IMG/VR virus record: IMGVR_UViG_2534681762_000009
Coordinates: 1-48,656 of that record
DNA length: 48,656 bases
Source: a virus
Taxonomy: Duplodnaviria; Heunggongvirae; Uroviricota; Caudoviricetes
Direction: 5' to 3' (one strand)
Each line of letters starts with the position of its first letter. Position 1 is the stretch's first letter. Made by a program: the position numbers and the translations under genes. The notes under the pieces were generated by a model that was given only the letters and a program-made list of their open reading frames with translations, was not told the DNA's origin and did no database searches. This document shows positions 36,577-48,101 of this stretch, one piece after another.

Positions 36577-36902
36577 AAACCTTTCGCTGGAAAGTGAAGC
36601 CGGATATGGAGGTGAACTCGCAGCCATCGGTGCGTGAAGTGCGTTTTGGTGACGGGTACTCACAGCGTATGGCGGCAGGGCTGAATGCTGACCTGAAAAC
36701 ATACAGGGTGACGCTTTCCGTGACCCGGGAGGAGGCCCGGCATCTGGAAGCGTTCCTGGCAGAGCACGGTGGCTGGAAGGCATTTTTGTGGAAGCCACCC
36801 TATGCATACCGGCAGATAAAGGTGACCTGTGCCGGGTGGTCTGCGCGGGTCGGGATGTTGCGCGTTGAGTTCAGCGCGGAGTTTAAGCAGGTGGTGAACT
36901 GA
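36573..36902 (+). CDS. M: Minor tail protein M-like
   Basis: 109-aa ORF ATGA-coupled to H. Confidence 0.85.
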   Translation: MKTFRWKVKPDMEVNSQPSVREVRFGDGYSQRMAAGLNADLKTYRVTLSVTREEARHLEAFLAEHGGWKAFLWKPPYAYRQIKVTCAGWSARVGMLRVEFSAEFKQVVN

Positions 36903-37600
36903 TGCAGGATATTCGCGAAGAAAGTCTGAACGAGTCGGTTAAGTCAGAGCAGTCACCGCGGGTGGTACTCTGGGAAATCGACCTGACGGTACAGGGTGGT
37001 GAGCGGTATTTTTTCTGTAATGAGCTGAATGAAAAAGGGGAGCCGGTCACCTGGCAGGGGCGTAAGTATGAGGCATACCCGATTGACGGCAGCGGCTTTG
37101 AGATGAACGGCCGGGGCAGCAGTGCCAGACCGTCGCTGACGGTGTCCAATCTGTTCGGTCTGGTCACCGGGATGGCGGAAGACCTGCAGAGTCTGGTGGG
37201 GGCCACGGTGGTCCGCCGCCGGGTGTATGCCCGTTTTCTGGATGCGGTGAATTTCGTTGCGGGCAATCCGGAGGCGGACCCGGAGCAGGAGCTGAGTGAC
37301 CGCTGGGTGGTGGAGCAGATGTCGCAGCTGACAGCCATGACGGCCTCGTTTGTGCTGGCTACACCGACCGAGACGGACGGGGCGCTGTTTCCCGGTCGCA
37401 TCATGCTGGCGAACACCTGTATGTGGGATTACCGGGGAGATGAATGCGGGTATAACGGTCCTGCGGTGGCGGATGAGTTCGACAACCCCACCACGGATAT
37501 CCGTAAGGACAGATGCAGCAAGTGCATGCGCGGGTGTGAACTGCGCAGGAATGTCGGCAATTTTGGCGGTTTCCTTTCCATTAATAAACTTTCGCAGTAA
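36902..37600 (+). CDS. L: Minor tail protein L-like (Cys cluster at C-terminus)
   Basis: 232-aa ORF; C-terminal CMWDYRGDECGY…CSKCMRGC. Confidence 0.9.
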   Translation: MQDIREESLNESVKSEQSPRVVLWEIDLTVQGGERYFFCNELNEKGEPVTWQGRKYEAYPIDGSGFEMNGRGSSARPSLTVSNLFGLVTGMAEDLQSLVGATVVRRRVYARFLDAVNFVAGNPEADPEQELSDRWVVEQMSQLTAMTASFVLATPTETDGALFPGRIMLANTCMWDYRGDECGYNGPAVADEFDNPTTDIRKDRCSKCMRGCELRRNVGNFGGFLSINKLSQ

Positions 37601-37610
37601 ATCCCGGTTT

Positions 37611-38354
37611 ATGACACAGACTGAATCAGCGATTCTGGCGCATGCCCGGCGGTGTGCGCCTGCGGAGTCGTGCGGCTTCGTGATAAGCACGCCGGAGGGG
37701 GAGTGGTATATCCCTTGTGTGAATATTTCTGCAGAGCCGGAGGCGTATTTTCGTATCGCACCGGAAGACTGGCTGCGGGCAGAGATGCAGGGGGAGATTG
37801 TGGCACTGGTCCACAGTCATCCTGGTGGGCTGCCCTGGCTGAGCGAGGCTGACCGGCGGCTGCAGATAAAAAGCGCACTGCCCTGGTGGCTGGTCTGCCG
37901 GGGTGACATTCACAAATTCCGCTGCGTGCCGCACCTGACGGGACGGCGCTTTGAGCACGGGGTGACGGACTGTTACACCCTGTTCCGGGATGCATACCAT
38001 CTGGCGGGGACTGAAATGCCGGATTTTCATCGCGAGGATGACTGGTGGCGCCACGGTCAGAACCTTTACCTGGACAATATGGCGGTCACCGGCTTTTACC
38101 GGGTGCCCCTGTCCTCTGCACAGGCGGGCGATATTCTGCTGTGCTGCTTTGGTGCTTCGGTACCGAACCATGCCGCCATTTACTGCGGCAACGGTGAGCT
38201 GCTTCACCATCTGCCTGAACAACTGAGTAAACGGGAGAGGTATTCCGAAAAATGGCAACGACGAACGCATTCTGTCTGGCGTCACCGCCACTGGCACGCA
38301 TCTGCCTTCACGGGGATTTGCAACGATTTGGCCGCCGCCTCAGCCTGTATGTGA
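37611..38354 (+). CDS. K: Tail assembly protein K-like (JAB/MPN + NlpC/P60-like)
   Basis: ORF from ATG at 37611 (MTQTESAILAHARRC…); HSHP JAMM-like motif (ALVHSHPGG) and Cys/His peptidase-like C-terminal half. Confidence 0.8.
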   Translation: MTQTESAILAHARRCAPAESCGFVISTPEGEWYIPCVNISAEPEAYFRIAPEDWLRAEMQGEIVALVHSHPGGLPWLSEADRRLQIKSALPWWLVCRGDIHKFRCVPHLTGRRFEHGVTDCYTLFRDAYHLAGTEMPDFHREDDWWRHGQNLYLDNMAVTGFYRVPLSSAQAGDILLCCFGASVPNHAAIYCGNGELLHHLPEQLSKRERYSEKWQRRTHSVWRHRHWHASAFTGICNDLAAASACM

Positions 38355-38932
38355 ACACGGCAGCGGAAGCCATTCGCGCCCTGTCGATGCAGATGCCGGG
38401 CTTTCGCCGTCAGATGAACGAAGGCTGGTACCAGATACGTATTGCCGGTGATGACACGGCACCGGAGGCGGTGTATGCCCGTCTTCACGAACAGCTGGGT
38501 GAGGGAACGGTCATCCACATTGTGCCGCGACTGGCCGGGGCCGGAAAGGGTGGACTGCAGATTGTGCTGGGGGCGGCAGCCATCGTGGGCTCTTTCTTCA
38601 CGGCCGGAGGCTCGATGGCGTTATGGGGTACAGCCCTGAGTGCCGGTGGTTTTTCTGCCACCACGATGCTGTTTTCACTGGGTGCCAGCATGATACTGGG
38701 CGGAGTGGCCCAGATGCTGGCCCCGAAGGCAAAAACACCGGATTACCGCGCAACGGATAACGGCAGACAGAACACGTACTTTTCCTCGCTGGATAACATG
38801 ATTGCCCAGGGGAACCCGATGCCGGTGCCTTACGGGGAAATGCTGGTTGGCTCCCGCCGTATATCCCAGGACATCAGCACCCGTGATGAAGGCGGGGGCG
38901 GAAAGGTCGTGGTTATCGGGCGGCAGGGGTAA
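38252..38932 (+). CDS. I: Tail assembly protein I-like
   Basis: 226-aa ORF (true start may be internal); hydrophobic Gly-rich middle region; precedes J. Confidence 0.75.
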   Translation: MATTNAFCLASPPLARICLHGDLQRFGRRLSLYVNTAAEAIRALSMQMPGFRRQMNEGWYQIRIAGDDTAPEAVYARLHEQLGEGTVIHIVPRLAGAGKGGLQIVLGAAAIVGSFFTAGGSMALWGTALSAGGFSATTMLFSLGASMILGGVAQMLAPKAKTPDYRATDNGRQNTYFSSLDNMIAQGNPMPVPYGEMLVGSRRISQDISTRDEGGGGKVVVIGRQG

Positions 38933-39144
38933 AAAGAATAAAAAAATCCCGCAGTGATCGCGGACAGGAACTGCGGGAGAGTTACGAAGATTAAGTGTAA
39001 GGAATTATTCTTATATCACGACAAAAAAATTAACGCAGAGAAATTATACGCGCCACAGTCAGTGTGTGAAAATGTGAAGATATTCAGAATTTTTATGCCA
39101 TTACCGGTTTTAACCAACAGGATTATCGGTGGGCATGAAAGAAA

Positions 39145-39171
39145 ACCCCGGTATCTGCTGATACCGGGGTT
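39145..39171. other. Strong 11-bp-stem hairpin in I-J intergenic insert
   Basis: AACCCCGGTAT-ctgctg-ATACCGGGGTT flanked by pyrimidine/T-rich sequence on both strands. Confidence 0.4.
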
Positions 39172-39275
39172 TCTCTTTAGCATGGCAGAAATGTGTTTCA
39201 TGCTTTTCGGGCGAAGGATATCCGACTTCTGTACGGAATGGCAAGTGGCGGTTAATTTATTCAGGGGAAGGCTGT

Positions 39276-42200
39276 ATGGGAAAAGGTGGCGGTAAGGCAC
39301 ACACGCCTCGTGAGGCGAAGGATAATCTCAAATCCACGCAGATGATGAGTGTGATTGATGCGATTGGTGAGGGACCGATAGAAGGTCCGGTGAAGGGACT
39401 GCAGAGTATTCTGGTGAACAAAACCCCGCTGACGGACACGGACGGTAATCCCGTGATACACGGTGTGACCGCGGTCTGGCGTGCCGGGGAGCAGGAGCAG
39501 ACACCACCGGAAGGCTTTGAGTCCTCCGGAGCTGAAACCGGACTGGGCGTGGAAGTGACGAAGGCAAAACCGGTGACGCGCACCATTACGTCCGCGAACA
39601 TTGACCGCCTGCGGGTTACCTTCGGGGTGCAGTCACTGGTGGAGACCACCTCAAAGGGTGACCGTAACCCGGCAACCGTCCGCCTGCTGATTCAGTTACA
39701 GCGTAACGGTAACTGGGTGACAGAAAAGGACGTCACCATTAACGGCAAGACCACCTCACAGTTCCTGGCCTCGGTGATTCTGGATAATCTGCCTCCCCGG
39801 CCCTTTAACATCCGGATGGTCAGGGAGACGGCGGACAGCACCACGGACCAGCTGCAGAATAAGACGCTGTGGTCGTCATACACCGAAATCATCGATGTGA
39901 AACAGTGCTACCCGAACACGGCCATTGTGGGGCTGCAGGTGGATGCGGAGCAGTTCGGCGGCCAGCAGATGACGGTGAACTACCATATCCGCGGTCGTAT
40001 CATCCAGGTGCCGTCAAACTATGACCCGGAAAAACGCACGTACAGTGGTATCTGGGACGGCAGTCTGAAACCGGCATACAGCAACAACCCGGCCTGGTGC
40101 CTGTGGGACATGCTGACTCACCCGCGCTACGGCATGGGAAAACGTCTGGGGGCGGCGGATGTGGACAAGTGGGCGCTGTATGCCATCGGGCAGTACTGCG
40201 ATCAGACGGTCCCGGATGGTTTCGGGGGGACCGAGCCGCGGATGACCTTTAATGCGTACCTGGCACAACAGCGTAAGGCGTGGGACGTTCTCAGTGATTT
40301 CTGCTCTGCGATGCGCTGTATGCCGGTATGGAACGGTCAGACGCTGACGTTCGTTCAGGACCGCCCGTCGGATGTGGTGTGGCCGTACACCAACAGCGAT
40401 GTGGTGGTGGATGATAACGGCGTGGGATTCCGCTACAGCTTCAGTGCCCTGAAGGACCGGCACACGGCGGTGGAGGTGAATTACACCGACCCGCAGAACG
40501 GCTGGCAGACCTCCACGGAACTGGTGGAAGACCCGGAAGCCATACTGCGCTACGGACGCAACCTGCTGAAGATGGACGCGTTCGGCTGTACCAGCCGCGG
40601 TCAGGCCCACCGTGCCGGACTGTGGGTGATAAAGACCGAACTGCTGGAAACGCAGACGGTGGATTTCACGCTCGGGTCTCAGGGGCTGCGGCACACACCC
40701 GGTGACATCATTGAAATCTGTGATAACGACTATGCCGGGACCCTGACCGGCGGACGTGTCCTGTCCATTGATGCTGCCACCCGCACCCTGACGCTGGACC
40801 GTGAAGTGACACTTCCGGAGACCGGTGCCGCCACGGTGAACCTGATTAACGGCAGCGGTAAGCCAGTGAGTGTGGACATCACCGAACACCCCGCGCCGGA
40901 CCGGATACAGGTCAGTACCCTGCCTGATGGTGTGGAGACATACGGGGTGTGGGGACTCTCCCTGCCGTCACTGCGCCGTCGCCTGTTCCGCTGTGTCTCC
41001 GTCCGGGAAAACACGGACGGCACCTTTGCCATCACGGCGGTGCAGCACGTACCGGAAAAAGAAGCCATCGTGGATAACGGTGCCCGCTTTGAGCCGCAGT
41101 CAGGTTCCCTGAACAGCGTCATCCCACCGGCAGTGCAGCACCTGACGGTGGAGGTGAGCGCAGCTGACGGCCAGTATCTGGCGCAGGCGAAATGGGACAC
41201 GCCGCGGGTGGTGAAGGGTGTGCGCTTCAGTCTGCGCCTGACCAGTGGTAAGGGAACGGATGCCAGACTGGTGACCACCGCCATCACCGCAGACACGGAG
41301 CACCGTTTCAGCGGCCTGCCGCTCGGGGAATACACCCTGACGGTGCGGGGGATAAACAGCTATGGCCAGCAGGGTGAACCTGCCACCACCACCTTCCGGA
41401 TTGCCGCACCGGCAGCACCGTCGCGGATTGAGCTGACGCCGGGCTATTTTCAGATAACCGCCACGCCGCATCTTGCCGTTTATGACCCGACGGTACAGTT
41501 TGAGTTCTGGTTCTCGGAAAAGCGGATTGCGGATATCAGGCAGGTTGAAACCGCAGCCCGCTATCTTGGCTCGGCGCTGTACTGGATAGCTGCCAGTATC
41601 AATATCAAACCGGGCCATGATTATTATTTTTATATCCGCAGTGTGAATACTGTTGGCAAATCGGCATTCGTGGAGGCTGTCGGTCGGGCGAGCGATGATG
41701 CGGAAGGTTACCTGGATTTTTTCAAAGGAGAAATCGGGAAAACACATCTGGCCCAGGAGCTGTGGACGCAGATTGATAACGGTCAGCTTGCGCCGGACCT
41801 GGCTGAAATCAGGACGTCCATTACGAATGTCAGCAATGAAATCACGCAGACCGTCAATAAAAAACTGGAAAATCAGAGTGCGGCAATCCAGCAGATACAG
41901 AAAGTTCAGGTTGATACAAATAATAACCTGAACAGCATGTGGGCCGTGAAACTGCAGCAGATGCAGGACGGACGCCTTTATATTGCGGGTATCGGTGCCG
42001 GTATTGAGAATACGCCAGCAGGAATGCAGAGTCAGGTGCTGCTGGCGGCAGACAGGATTGCGATGATTAATCCTGCGAATGGCAACACAAAGCCGATGTT
42101 TGTTGGTCAGGGCGATCAGATATTTATGAATGAAGTGTTCCTGAAATATCTGACGGCTCCCACCATTACCAGCGGCGGTAATCCTCCGGCATTTTCCCTG

Positions 42201-42749
42201 ACACCGGACGGGCGGCTGACGGCGAAAAATGCCGATATCAGCGGTAACGTGAATGCGAACTCCGGGACGCTCAACAACGTCACGATTAACGAGAACTGTC
42301 GGGTTCTGGGAAAATTGTCCGCGAACCAGATTGAAGGCGATCTCGTTAAAACAGTGGGCAAAGCTTTCCCCCGGGACTCCCGTGCACCGGAGCGGTGGCC
42401 ATCAGGAACCATTACCGTCAGGGTTTATGACGATCAGCCGTTTGACCGGCAGATTGTTATTCCGGCGGTGGCATTCAGCGGCGCTAAACATGAGAAAGAG
42501 CATACTGATATTTACTCCTCATGCCGTCTGATAGTGCGGAAAAACGGTGCTGAAATTTATAACCGTACTGCGCTGGATAATACGCTGATTTACAGTGGTG
42601 TTATTGATATGCCTGCCGGTCACGGTCACATGACACTGGAGTTTTCGGTGTCAGCATGGCTGGTAAATAACTGGTATCCCACAGCAAGTATCAGCGATTT
42701 GCTGGTTGTGGTGATGAAGAAAGCCACTGCAGGCATCACGATTAGCTGA
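39276..42749 (+). CDS. J: Central tail fibre/host specificity protein J-like
   Basis: 1157-aa ORF after I; lambda-J-like length and position. Confidence 0.95.
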   Translation: MGKGGGKAHTPREAKDNLKSTQMMSVIDAIGEGPIEGPVKGLQSILVNKTPLTDTDGNPVIHGVTAVWRAGEQEQTPPEGFESSGAETGLGVEVTKAKPVTRTITSANIDRLRVTFGVQSLVETTSKGDRNPATVRLLIQLQRNGNWVTEKDVTINGKTTSQFLASVILDNLPPRPFNIRMVRETADSTTDQLQNKTLWSSYTEIIDVKQCYPNTAIVGLQVDAEQFGGQQMTVNYHIRGRIIQVPSNYDPEKRTYSGIWDGSLKPAYSNNPAWCLWDMLTHPRYGMGKRLGAADVDKWALYAIGQYCDQTVPDGFGGTEPRMTFNAYLAQQRKAWDVLSDFCSAMRCMPVWNGQTLTFVQDRPSDVVWPYTNSDVVVDDNGVGFRYSFSALKDRHTAVEVNYTDPQNGWQTSTELVEDPEAILRYGRNLLKMDAFGCTSRGQAHRAGLWVIKTELLETQTVDFTLGSQGLRHTPGDIIEICDNDYAGTLTGGRVLSIDAATRTLTLDREVTLPETGAATVNLINGSGKPVSVDITEHPAPDRIQVSTLPDGVETYGVWGLSLPSLRRRLFRCVSVRENTDGTFAITAVQHVPEKEAIVDNGARFEPQSGSLNSVIPPAVQHLTVEVSAADGQYLAQAKWDTPRVVKGVRFSLRLTSGKGTDARLVTTAITADTEHRFSGLPLGEYTLTVRGINSYGQQGEPATTTFRIAAPAAPSRIELTPGYFQITATPHLAVYDPTVQFEFWFSEKRIADIRQVETAARYLGSALYWIAASINIKPGHDYYFYIRSVNTVGKSAFVEAVGRASDDAEGYLDFFKGEIGKTHLAQELWTQIDNGQLAPDLAEIRTSITNVSNEITQTVNKKLENQSAAIQQIQKVQVDTNNNLNSMWAVKLQQMQDGRLYIAGIGAGIENTPAGMQSQVLLAADRIAMINPANGNTKPMFVGQGDQIFMNEVFLKYLTAPTITSGGNPPAFSLTPDGRLTAKNADISGNVNANSGTLNNVTINENCRVLGKLSANQIEGDLVKTVGKAFPRDSRAPERWPSGTITVRVYDDQPFDRQIVIPAVAFSGAKHEKEHTDIYSSCRLIVRKNGAEIYNRTALDNTLIYSGVIDMPAGHGHMTLEFSVSAWLVNNWYPTASISDLLVVVMKKATAGITIS

Positions 42750-42767
42750 ATTTTATAACCCAGATAC

Positions 42768-42794
42768 GGGCGCCAGAAATGGCGCCTTTTTTAT
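42768..42794 (+). terminator. Rho-independent terminator after J
   Basis: GGGCGCC-agaaat-GGCGCC followed by TTTTTTATTG. Confidence 0.6.
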
Positions 42795-42816
42795 TGTAGA
42801 AAAGCGAGAGGTAATT

Positions 42817-43416
42817 ATGCGTAAATTATGTGCTGTTATTTTGTCCGCAGTAGTCTGGCAGGTCGCCGCTGCTACGCCAGCGAGTGCAGCAGAACATCAG
42901 TCCACGCTGAGCGCGGGGTATCTCCATGCCTCGACGAACGTTCCCGGTAGTGATGATCTGAACGGGATTAACGTGAAATACCGTTATGAGTTTACGGACG
43001 CGCTGGGGCTGATTACGTCCTTCAGTTATGCCAATGCTGAGGATGAGCAAAAAACGCGCTACAGCGATACCCGCTGGCATGAAGATTCCGTGCGTAACCG
43101 CTGGTTCAGCGTGATGGCGGGGCCGTCTGTACGCGTGAATGAATGGTTCAGCGCGTATTCGATGGCGGGTGTGGCTTACAGCCGTGTGTCGACTTTCTCC
43201 GGGGATTATCTCCGCGTAACTGACAACAAGGGGAAAACGCACGATGTGCTGACCGGAAGTGATGACGGTCGCCACAGCAACACGTCTCTGGCGTGGGGGG
43301 CTGGCGTGCAGTTTAACCCGACCGAATCCGTGACCATTGACCTTGCTTATGAAGGTTCCGGTAGTGGCGACTGGCGATCGGATGCATTTATTGTTGGTAT
43401 CGGATACCGTTTCTGA
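42817..43416 (+). CDS. lom: Outer membrane β-barrel protein Lom (Ail/Lom family)
   Basis: 199-aa ORF with signal peptide (MRKLCAVILSAVVWQVAAATPASA) and C-terminal aromatic residue (…GIGYRF) typical of OMP barrels; Lom position after J. Confidence 0.9.
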   Translation: MRKLCAVILSAVVWQVAAATPASAAEHQSTLSAGYLHASTNVPGSDDLNGINVKYRYEFTDALGLITSFSYANAEDEQKTRYSDTRWHEDSVRNRWFSVMAGPSVRVNEWFSAYSMAGVAYSRVSTFSGDYLRVTDNKGKTHDVLTGSDDGRHSNTSLAWGAGVQFNPTESVTIDLAYEGSGSGDWRSDAFIVGIGYRF

Positions 43417-43521
43417 CAACAGACGCCGATTTATCTTCTGTAAATATTGTTATGATACGCAGGTTCATCCACCTTATGGGGTGAACTGCGTTTGAGGAAA
43501 CGTAAAGTTACACTGTCCTGA

Positions 43522-43556
43522 AGCCCGTGGCGTCACTGCTGCGGGCTTTTTTTATT
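43522..43556 (+). terminator. Rho-independent terminator after lom
   Basis: AGCCCG-loop-CGGGCT followed by TTTTTTTATT. Confidence 0.55.
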
Positions 43557-43567
43557 GGTGGAAAAGT

Positions 43568-46500
43568 ATGACAGTAAAAATTTCTGGCGTGCTTAAAGAT
43601 GGCACAGGAAAACCAGTACAGAACTGCACCATTGTGCTGAAGGCCAGACGAACCAGCAGCACGGTGGTGGTGAACACGGTGGCCTCTGAAAATCCGGATG
43701 AAGCCGGACGTTACAGCATGGATGTTGAGCATGGTCAGTACAGCGTCACCCTGCTGGTTGAAGGTTTTCCGCCTTCACATGCCGGGACCATTACCGTCTA
43801 TGAAGGTTCCAGACCAGGTACGCTGAATGATTTTCTCGGTGCCATGACGGAGGATGATGTCCGACCGGAGGCACTGCGCCGCTTTGAGCAGATGGTGGAA
43901 GAAGTGTCACGTAACGCCTCCGCGGTTGCACAGAATACGGCAGCCGCGAAAAAATCAGCCAGCGATGCCAGTGCATCAGCCAGCGAGGCGGTAACTCATG
44001 CAACCGATGCTGCAGCCTCAGCACGTGCCGCCAGCACGTCAGCCGGACAGGCCGCGTCGTCGGCTCAGTCAGCGTCTTCCAGCGCAGGAACGGCATCGAC
44101 AAAGGCCCGTGAAGCAGCAAAAAGTGCTGCTGCTGCAGAGTCATCAAAAAGCGCGGCAGCTACCAGCGCCAGTGCCGCGAAAACGTCAGAAACGAATGCC
44201 GCAGCATCACAAAAATCGGCAGCCACTTCTGCATCCACAGCGACCACGAAGGCGTCAGAAGCTGCCACCTCGGCACGGGGTGCGGCGGCCTCAAAAGAGG
44301 CAGCGAAATCTTCAGAAACGAATGCATCATCAAGTGCCAGTAGTGCAGCTTCCTCGGCAACGGCGGCAGGAAATTCCGCGAAGGCGGCAAAGACGTCCGA
44401 GACGAACGCCAGGTCTTCTGAAACGGCAGCGGGACAGAGTGCCTCAGCTGCGGCAGGCTCAAAAACAGCGGCTGCATCATCTGCCAGTGCCGCGTCAACA
44501 AGTGCCGGGCAGGCCTCAGCCAGTGCCACCGCCGCCGGAAAATCGGCAGAAAGCGCCGCATCATCCGCTTCAACAGCCACAACGAAGGCTGGCAAAGCCA
44601 CTGAACAGGCCAGTGCAGCAGCAAGGTCTGCTTCCGCAGCGAAGACATCCGAGACGAACGCGAAAGCGTCGGAAACCAGCGCAGAATCCTCAAAAACGGC
44701 TGCCGCATCGTCCGCCAGTTCGGCGGCGTCATCGGCATCATCGGCGTCAGCTTCAAAAGATGAGGCGACCAGACAGGCGTCAGCAGCGAAGGGCAGCGCC
44801 ACGACAGCATCCACGAAGGCGACAGAGGCAGCTGGCAGTGCGACGGCGGCAGCACAGAGCAAAAGTACGGCGGAATCCGCGGCAACGCGCGCCGAGACAG
44901 CGGCAAAACGGGCAGAGGATATTGCATCCGCCGTGGCGCTTGAGGATGCAAGTACGACGAAAAAGGGGATAGTACAGCTCAGCAGTGCGACCAACAGCAC
45001 ATCTGAAACGCTTGCCGCGACACCGAAGGCAGTTAAAGCAGCGAATGACAATGCGAATGGCAGGGTACCATCTAACCGAAAAGTTAACGGGAAAGCACTG
45101 ACTGCGGATATAACATTAACACCGAAAGATATTGGCACTTTAAATTCAGTAACGATCTCTTTCTCTGGCGGGGCAGGGTGGTTCAAACTGGCAACGGTTA
45201 CCATGCCACAAGCGAGTTCCATCGTTTACATCGCATTGATTGGTGGCGCTGGTTACAACGTCGGCTCCCCACAGCAGGCAGGCATTTCAGAACTGGTTCT
45301 ACGAGCAGGCAATGGAAAGCCCAAAGGGATTACCGGAGCTTTGTGGAAGCGTACAGCCGTCGGATTAACGAATTTCGCCTGGATCAACACATCCGGCGAT
45401 ACATATGATATTTACGTTGAGATTGGCAATTATGCGACGAGTGTAAATATCCATTGGGATTGTACTACAAATGCGTCAGTTTCTATTTATACCTCGCCAA
45501 CATATTCAGCGAGTAAGCCTTCCAGCGTTACCGGTGGTGTTGTTTATACGATGTATAGCTCACATCAGAAACCTACACCATCAGATATTGGAGCGCTGCC
45601 AACGACTGGAGGGACTATTTCAGGTCCGTTGTCTGTTACTGATGGGATCACCGGGGCACTGAAGGGGAACGCCGATACCGCGACGAAACTTGCGGCAGCC
45701 CCAAAAATTAACGGTGTTAAGTTTGATGGCTCGGCGGATATTAACCTCACGTCGGAAAATATTGGTGCATTTGCCCGACGTTCGACGGGGGCTTATGCGG
45801 ATTCGGATGGAGCCGTTCCCTGGAATGCCGAATCAGGCGCTTACAATGTCACCCGCTCTGGCGACAGCTATATTCTGGTTAACTTCTATACCGGAGTCGG
45901 AAGTTGCCGGACCCTGCAGATGAAGGCGCATTACAGAAATCGTGGTCTGTTCTACCGTTCTTCAAGAGACGGTTATGGTTTTGAGGAAGACTGGGCAGAA
46001 GTTTATACCTCGAAAAATCTTCCACCAGAAAGCTACCCAGTTGGCGCACCAATCCCGTGGCCATCAGATACCGTTCCGTCTGGTTATGCCCTGATGCAGG
46101 GGCAGACTTTTAACAAATCTGCCTAGCCGAAACTTGCAGCCGCTTATCCGTCAGGCGTGATCCCTGATATGCGTGGCTGGACGATTAAGGGCAAACCTGC
46201 CAGTGGTCGGGCCGTATTGTCTCAGGAACAGGACGGCATTAAATCGCATACCCACAGCGCCAGCGCATCCAGTACGGATTTGGGGACGAAAACCACATCG
46301 TCGTTTGATTACGGCACTAAATCCACGAATAACACCGGGGCGCATACGCACAGTCTGAGTGGCTCTACGGGGTCTGCCGGTGTTCATACTCATGGTAATG
46401 GTATTCGTTGGCCAGGAGGCGGCGGTTCTGCGTTAGCATTTTATGATGGCGGTGGGTTCACTTATGTCCAGAATTCACAGTATCAAGTAAGCCCGGGGAC

Positions 46501-46738
46501 TTCTTCCTATAGATCGTATTATCAACGTATTCAGACACAGTCAGCAGGTGCTCATACCCACTCGCTGTCTGGTACTGCAGCAAGTTCTGGCGCACATGCA
46601 CATACTGTAGGTATTGGTGCGCATACGCACTCCGTTGCGATTGGTTCACATGGACACACCATCACCGTTAACGCTGCGGGTAACGCGGAAAACACCGTCA
46701 AAAACATCGCATTTAACTATATTGTGAGGCTTGCATAA
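43568..46738 (+). pseudogene. stf: Side tail fibre (Stf-like) interrupted by in-frame amber codon at 46124-46126
   Basis: 852-aa ORF ends …[12 protein letters not shown]; reading continues in the same frame as [28 protein letters not shown]… through the His-rich C-terminal domain to 46738; the C-terminal domain ORF begins only with a GTG 31 nt after the stop. Confidence 0.7.
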
Positions 46739-47322
46739 TGGCATTCAGAATGAGTGAACAAGCACGGACCATAAAAATTTATAATCTGCTGGCCGGAACT
46801 AATGAATTTATTGGTGAAGGTGACGCATATATTCCGCCTCATACAGGTCTGCCAGCAAACAGTACCGATATTGCACCGCCAGATATTCCGGCTGGCTTTG
46901 TGGCTGTTTTCAACAGTGATGAGGCATCGTGGCATCTCGTTGAAGATCATCGGGGTAAAACGGTTTATGACGTAGCTTCCGGCGACGCGTTATTTATTTC
47001 TGAACTCGGCTTATTACCGGAAAATGTTACCTGGTTATCGCCGGAAGGGGAGTTTCAGAAGTGGAACGGCACAACCTGGGTGAAAGATGCAGAAGCAGAA
47101 AAACTGTTCCGGATCCGGGAGGCGGAAGAAACAAAAAACAACCTGATGCAGGTAGCCAGTGAGCATATTGCGCCGCTTCAGGATGCTGCAGATCTGGAAA
47201 TTGCAACGGAGGAAGAAACCTCATTGCTGGAAGCCTGGAAAAAGTATCGGGTGTTGCTGAACCGTGTTGATACATCAACTGCACCTGATATTGAGTGGCC
47301 TACGAACCCTGTCAGGGAGTAA
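46738..47322 (+). CDS. tfa: Tail fibre assembly protein (Tfa-like)
   Basis: 194-aa ORF ATGA-like coupled to stf end; typical Tfa N-terminus ([17 protein letters not shown]…). Confidence 0.85.
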   Translation: MAFRMSEQARTIKIYNLLAGTNEFIGEGDAYIPPHTGLPANSTDIAPPDIPAGFVAVFNSDEASWHLVEDHRGKTVYDVASGDALFISELGLLPENVTWLSPEGEFQKWNGTTWVKDAEAEKLFRIREAEETKNNLMQVASEHIAPLQDAADLEIATEEETSLLEAWKKYRVLLNRVDTSTAPDIEWPTNPVRE

Positions 47323-47376
47323 TCATTGGGATTATGCCGCAGCACGTCTTAAGCAAGAACGTGCTGCGGTTGGATG

Positions 47377-48045
47377 CTATTTTTTCCCTGAAGCGGAAAA
47401 CATTACTACAGTACCTTGAACCTTGGTTTTAACATTCTCGAAATGCTCTGAGAGTATATGTGTTAAGCCTTCTTCGGAATCTTTTGTGTTTGAAAAGATG
47501 CCTTTCTGATTGTAAATGCGCATCAGTTTTTGACCGAAGCTATTGTGCACAACTCCATCGCCAAGAATTGTGGCTCCGTATAGAGTTCCATCGTCAGTTA
47601 AGGCCTGCGCCGCATTGCGTATTACACAGCTTTTTGTAGATATATTTCCAGGCAGGCAGTGAAGAAGGTAAAACATGGAAATGGAATCAAATTGACCATG
47701 TAACGCCGCGGGATAAGGTTCAAAAACATCATGGCTAATTTTATGTTTAATTTTTGATTCCCCAGCCCTTGTAGATGCCGCGTTCAGGCTAGCTTCGTTC
47801 AAATCCATTAAAGATATCAGACTACTCTCAGGTACGTGAGTAAGGTAAAACCCAGTTCCAACACCAATATCCAGATGGTTGTTACCTACATGTTCCAGAA
47901 AGTGTGGAAGAAGGTGTTCCTTTGTAGGACATCCCCATGCAAGCCGATTTGATACTCCCAAAACCCACCAGTCATAAAGCTTTAGGGTAAGTGGTGTGTA
48001 AATTTTAGCCCCATCATCTGTGTTTTTTTTCATTGATTTCACCAT
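47377..48045 (-). CDS. Class I SAM-dependent methyltransferase (cargo gene)
   Basis: 222-aa ORF with Rossmann motif I (LDIGVGTGFY) and acidic residue at end of β2 (LMDLNEASL); opposite strand to tail genes; AT-rich; bracketed by duplicated tfa 3' sequences. Confidence 0.75.
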   Translation of the reverse strand: MVKSMKKNTDDGAKIYTPLTLKLYDWWVLGVSNRLAWGCPTKEHLLPHFLEHVGNNHLDIGVGTGFYLTHVPESSLISLMDLNEASLNAASTRAGESKIKHKISHDVFEPYPAALHGQFDSISMFYLLHCLPGNISTKSCVIRNAAQALTDDGTLYGATILGDGVVHNSFGQKLMRIYNQKGIFSNTKDSEEGLTHILSEHFENVKTKVQGTVVMFSASGKK

Positions 48046-48101
48046 GTTATAGTTTTATTTGTGAATTAAATCAATTATGGCGATGAATTACAAGGGGTTA
48101 A

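Noticed and set aside
36953-38297. Minus-strand ORFs of 245 and 223 aa
   Set aside because: Antisense to tail genes L and K; no independent support
38954-39300. 113-aa plus-strand and 94-aa minus-strand ORFs in the I-J intergenic insert
   Set aside because: No convincing RBS, translations look non-protein-like and each spans the strong hairpin; region treated as non-coding (see finding)
40014-41747. Several minus-strand ORFs of 200-290 aa inside J
   Set aside because: Antisense to the well-supported J tail fibre gene; Arg/Pro-rich translations typical of GC-rich antisense frames
44065-45222. 385-aa Ala-rich ORF on minus strand (and 43998-44972 plus-strand Arg/Pro-rich ORF, 44160-44951 minus-strand ORF)
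   Set aside because: Lie entirely within the repetitive Ala/Ser-rich shaft of the side tail fibre gene; compositionally artefactual alternative frames of GC-rich repeats
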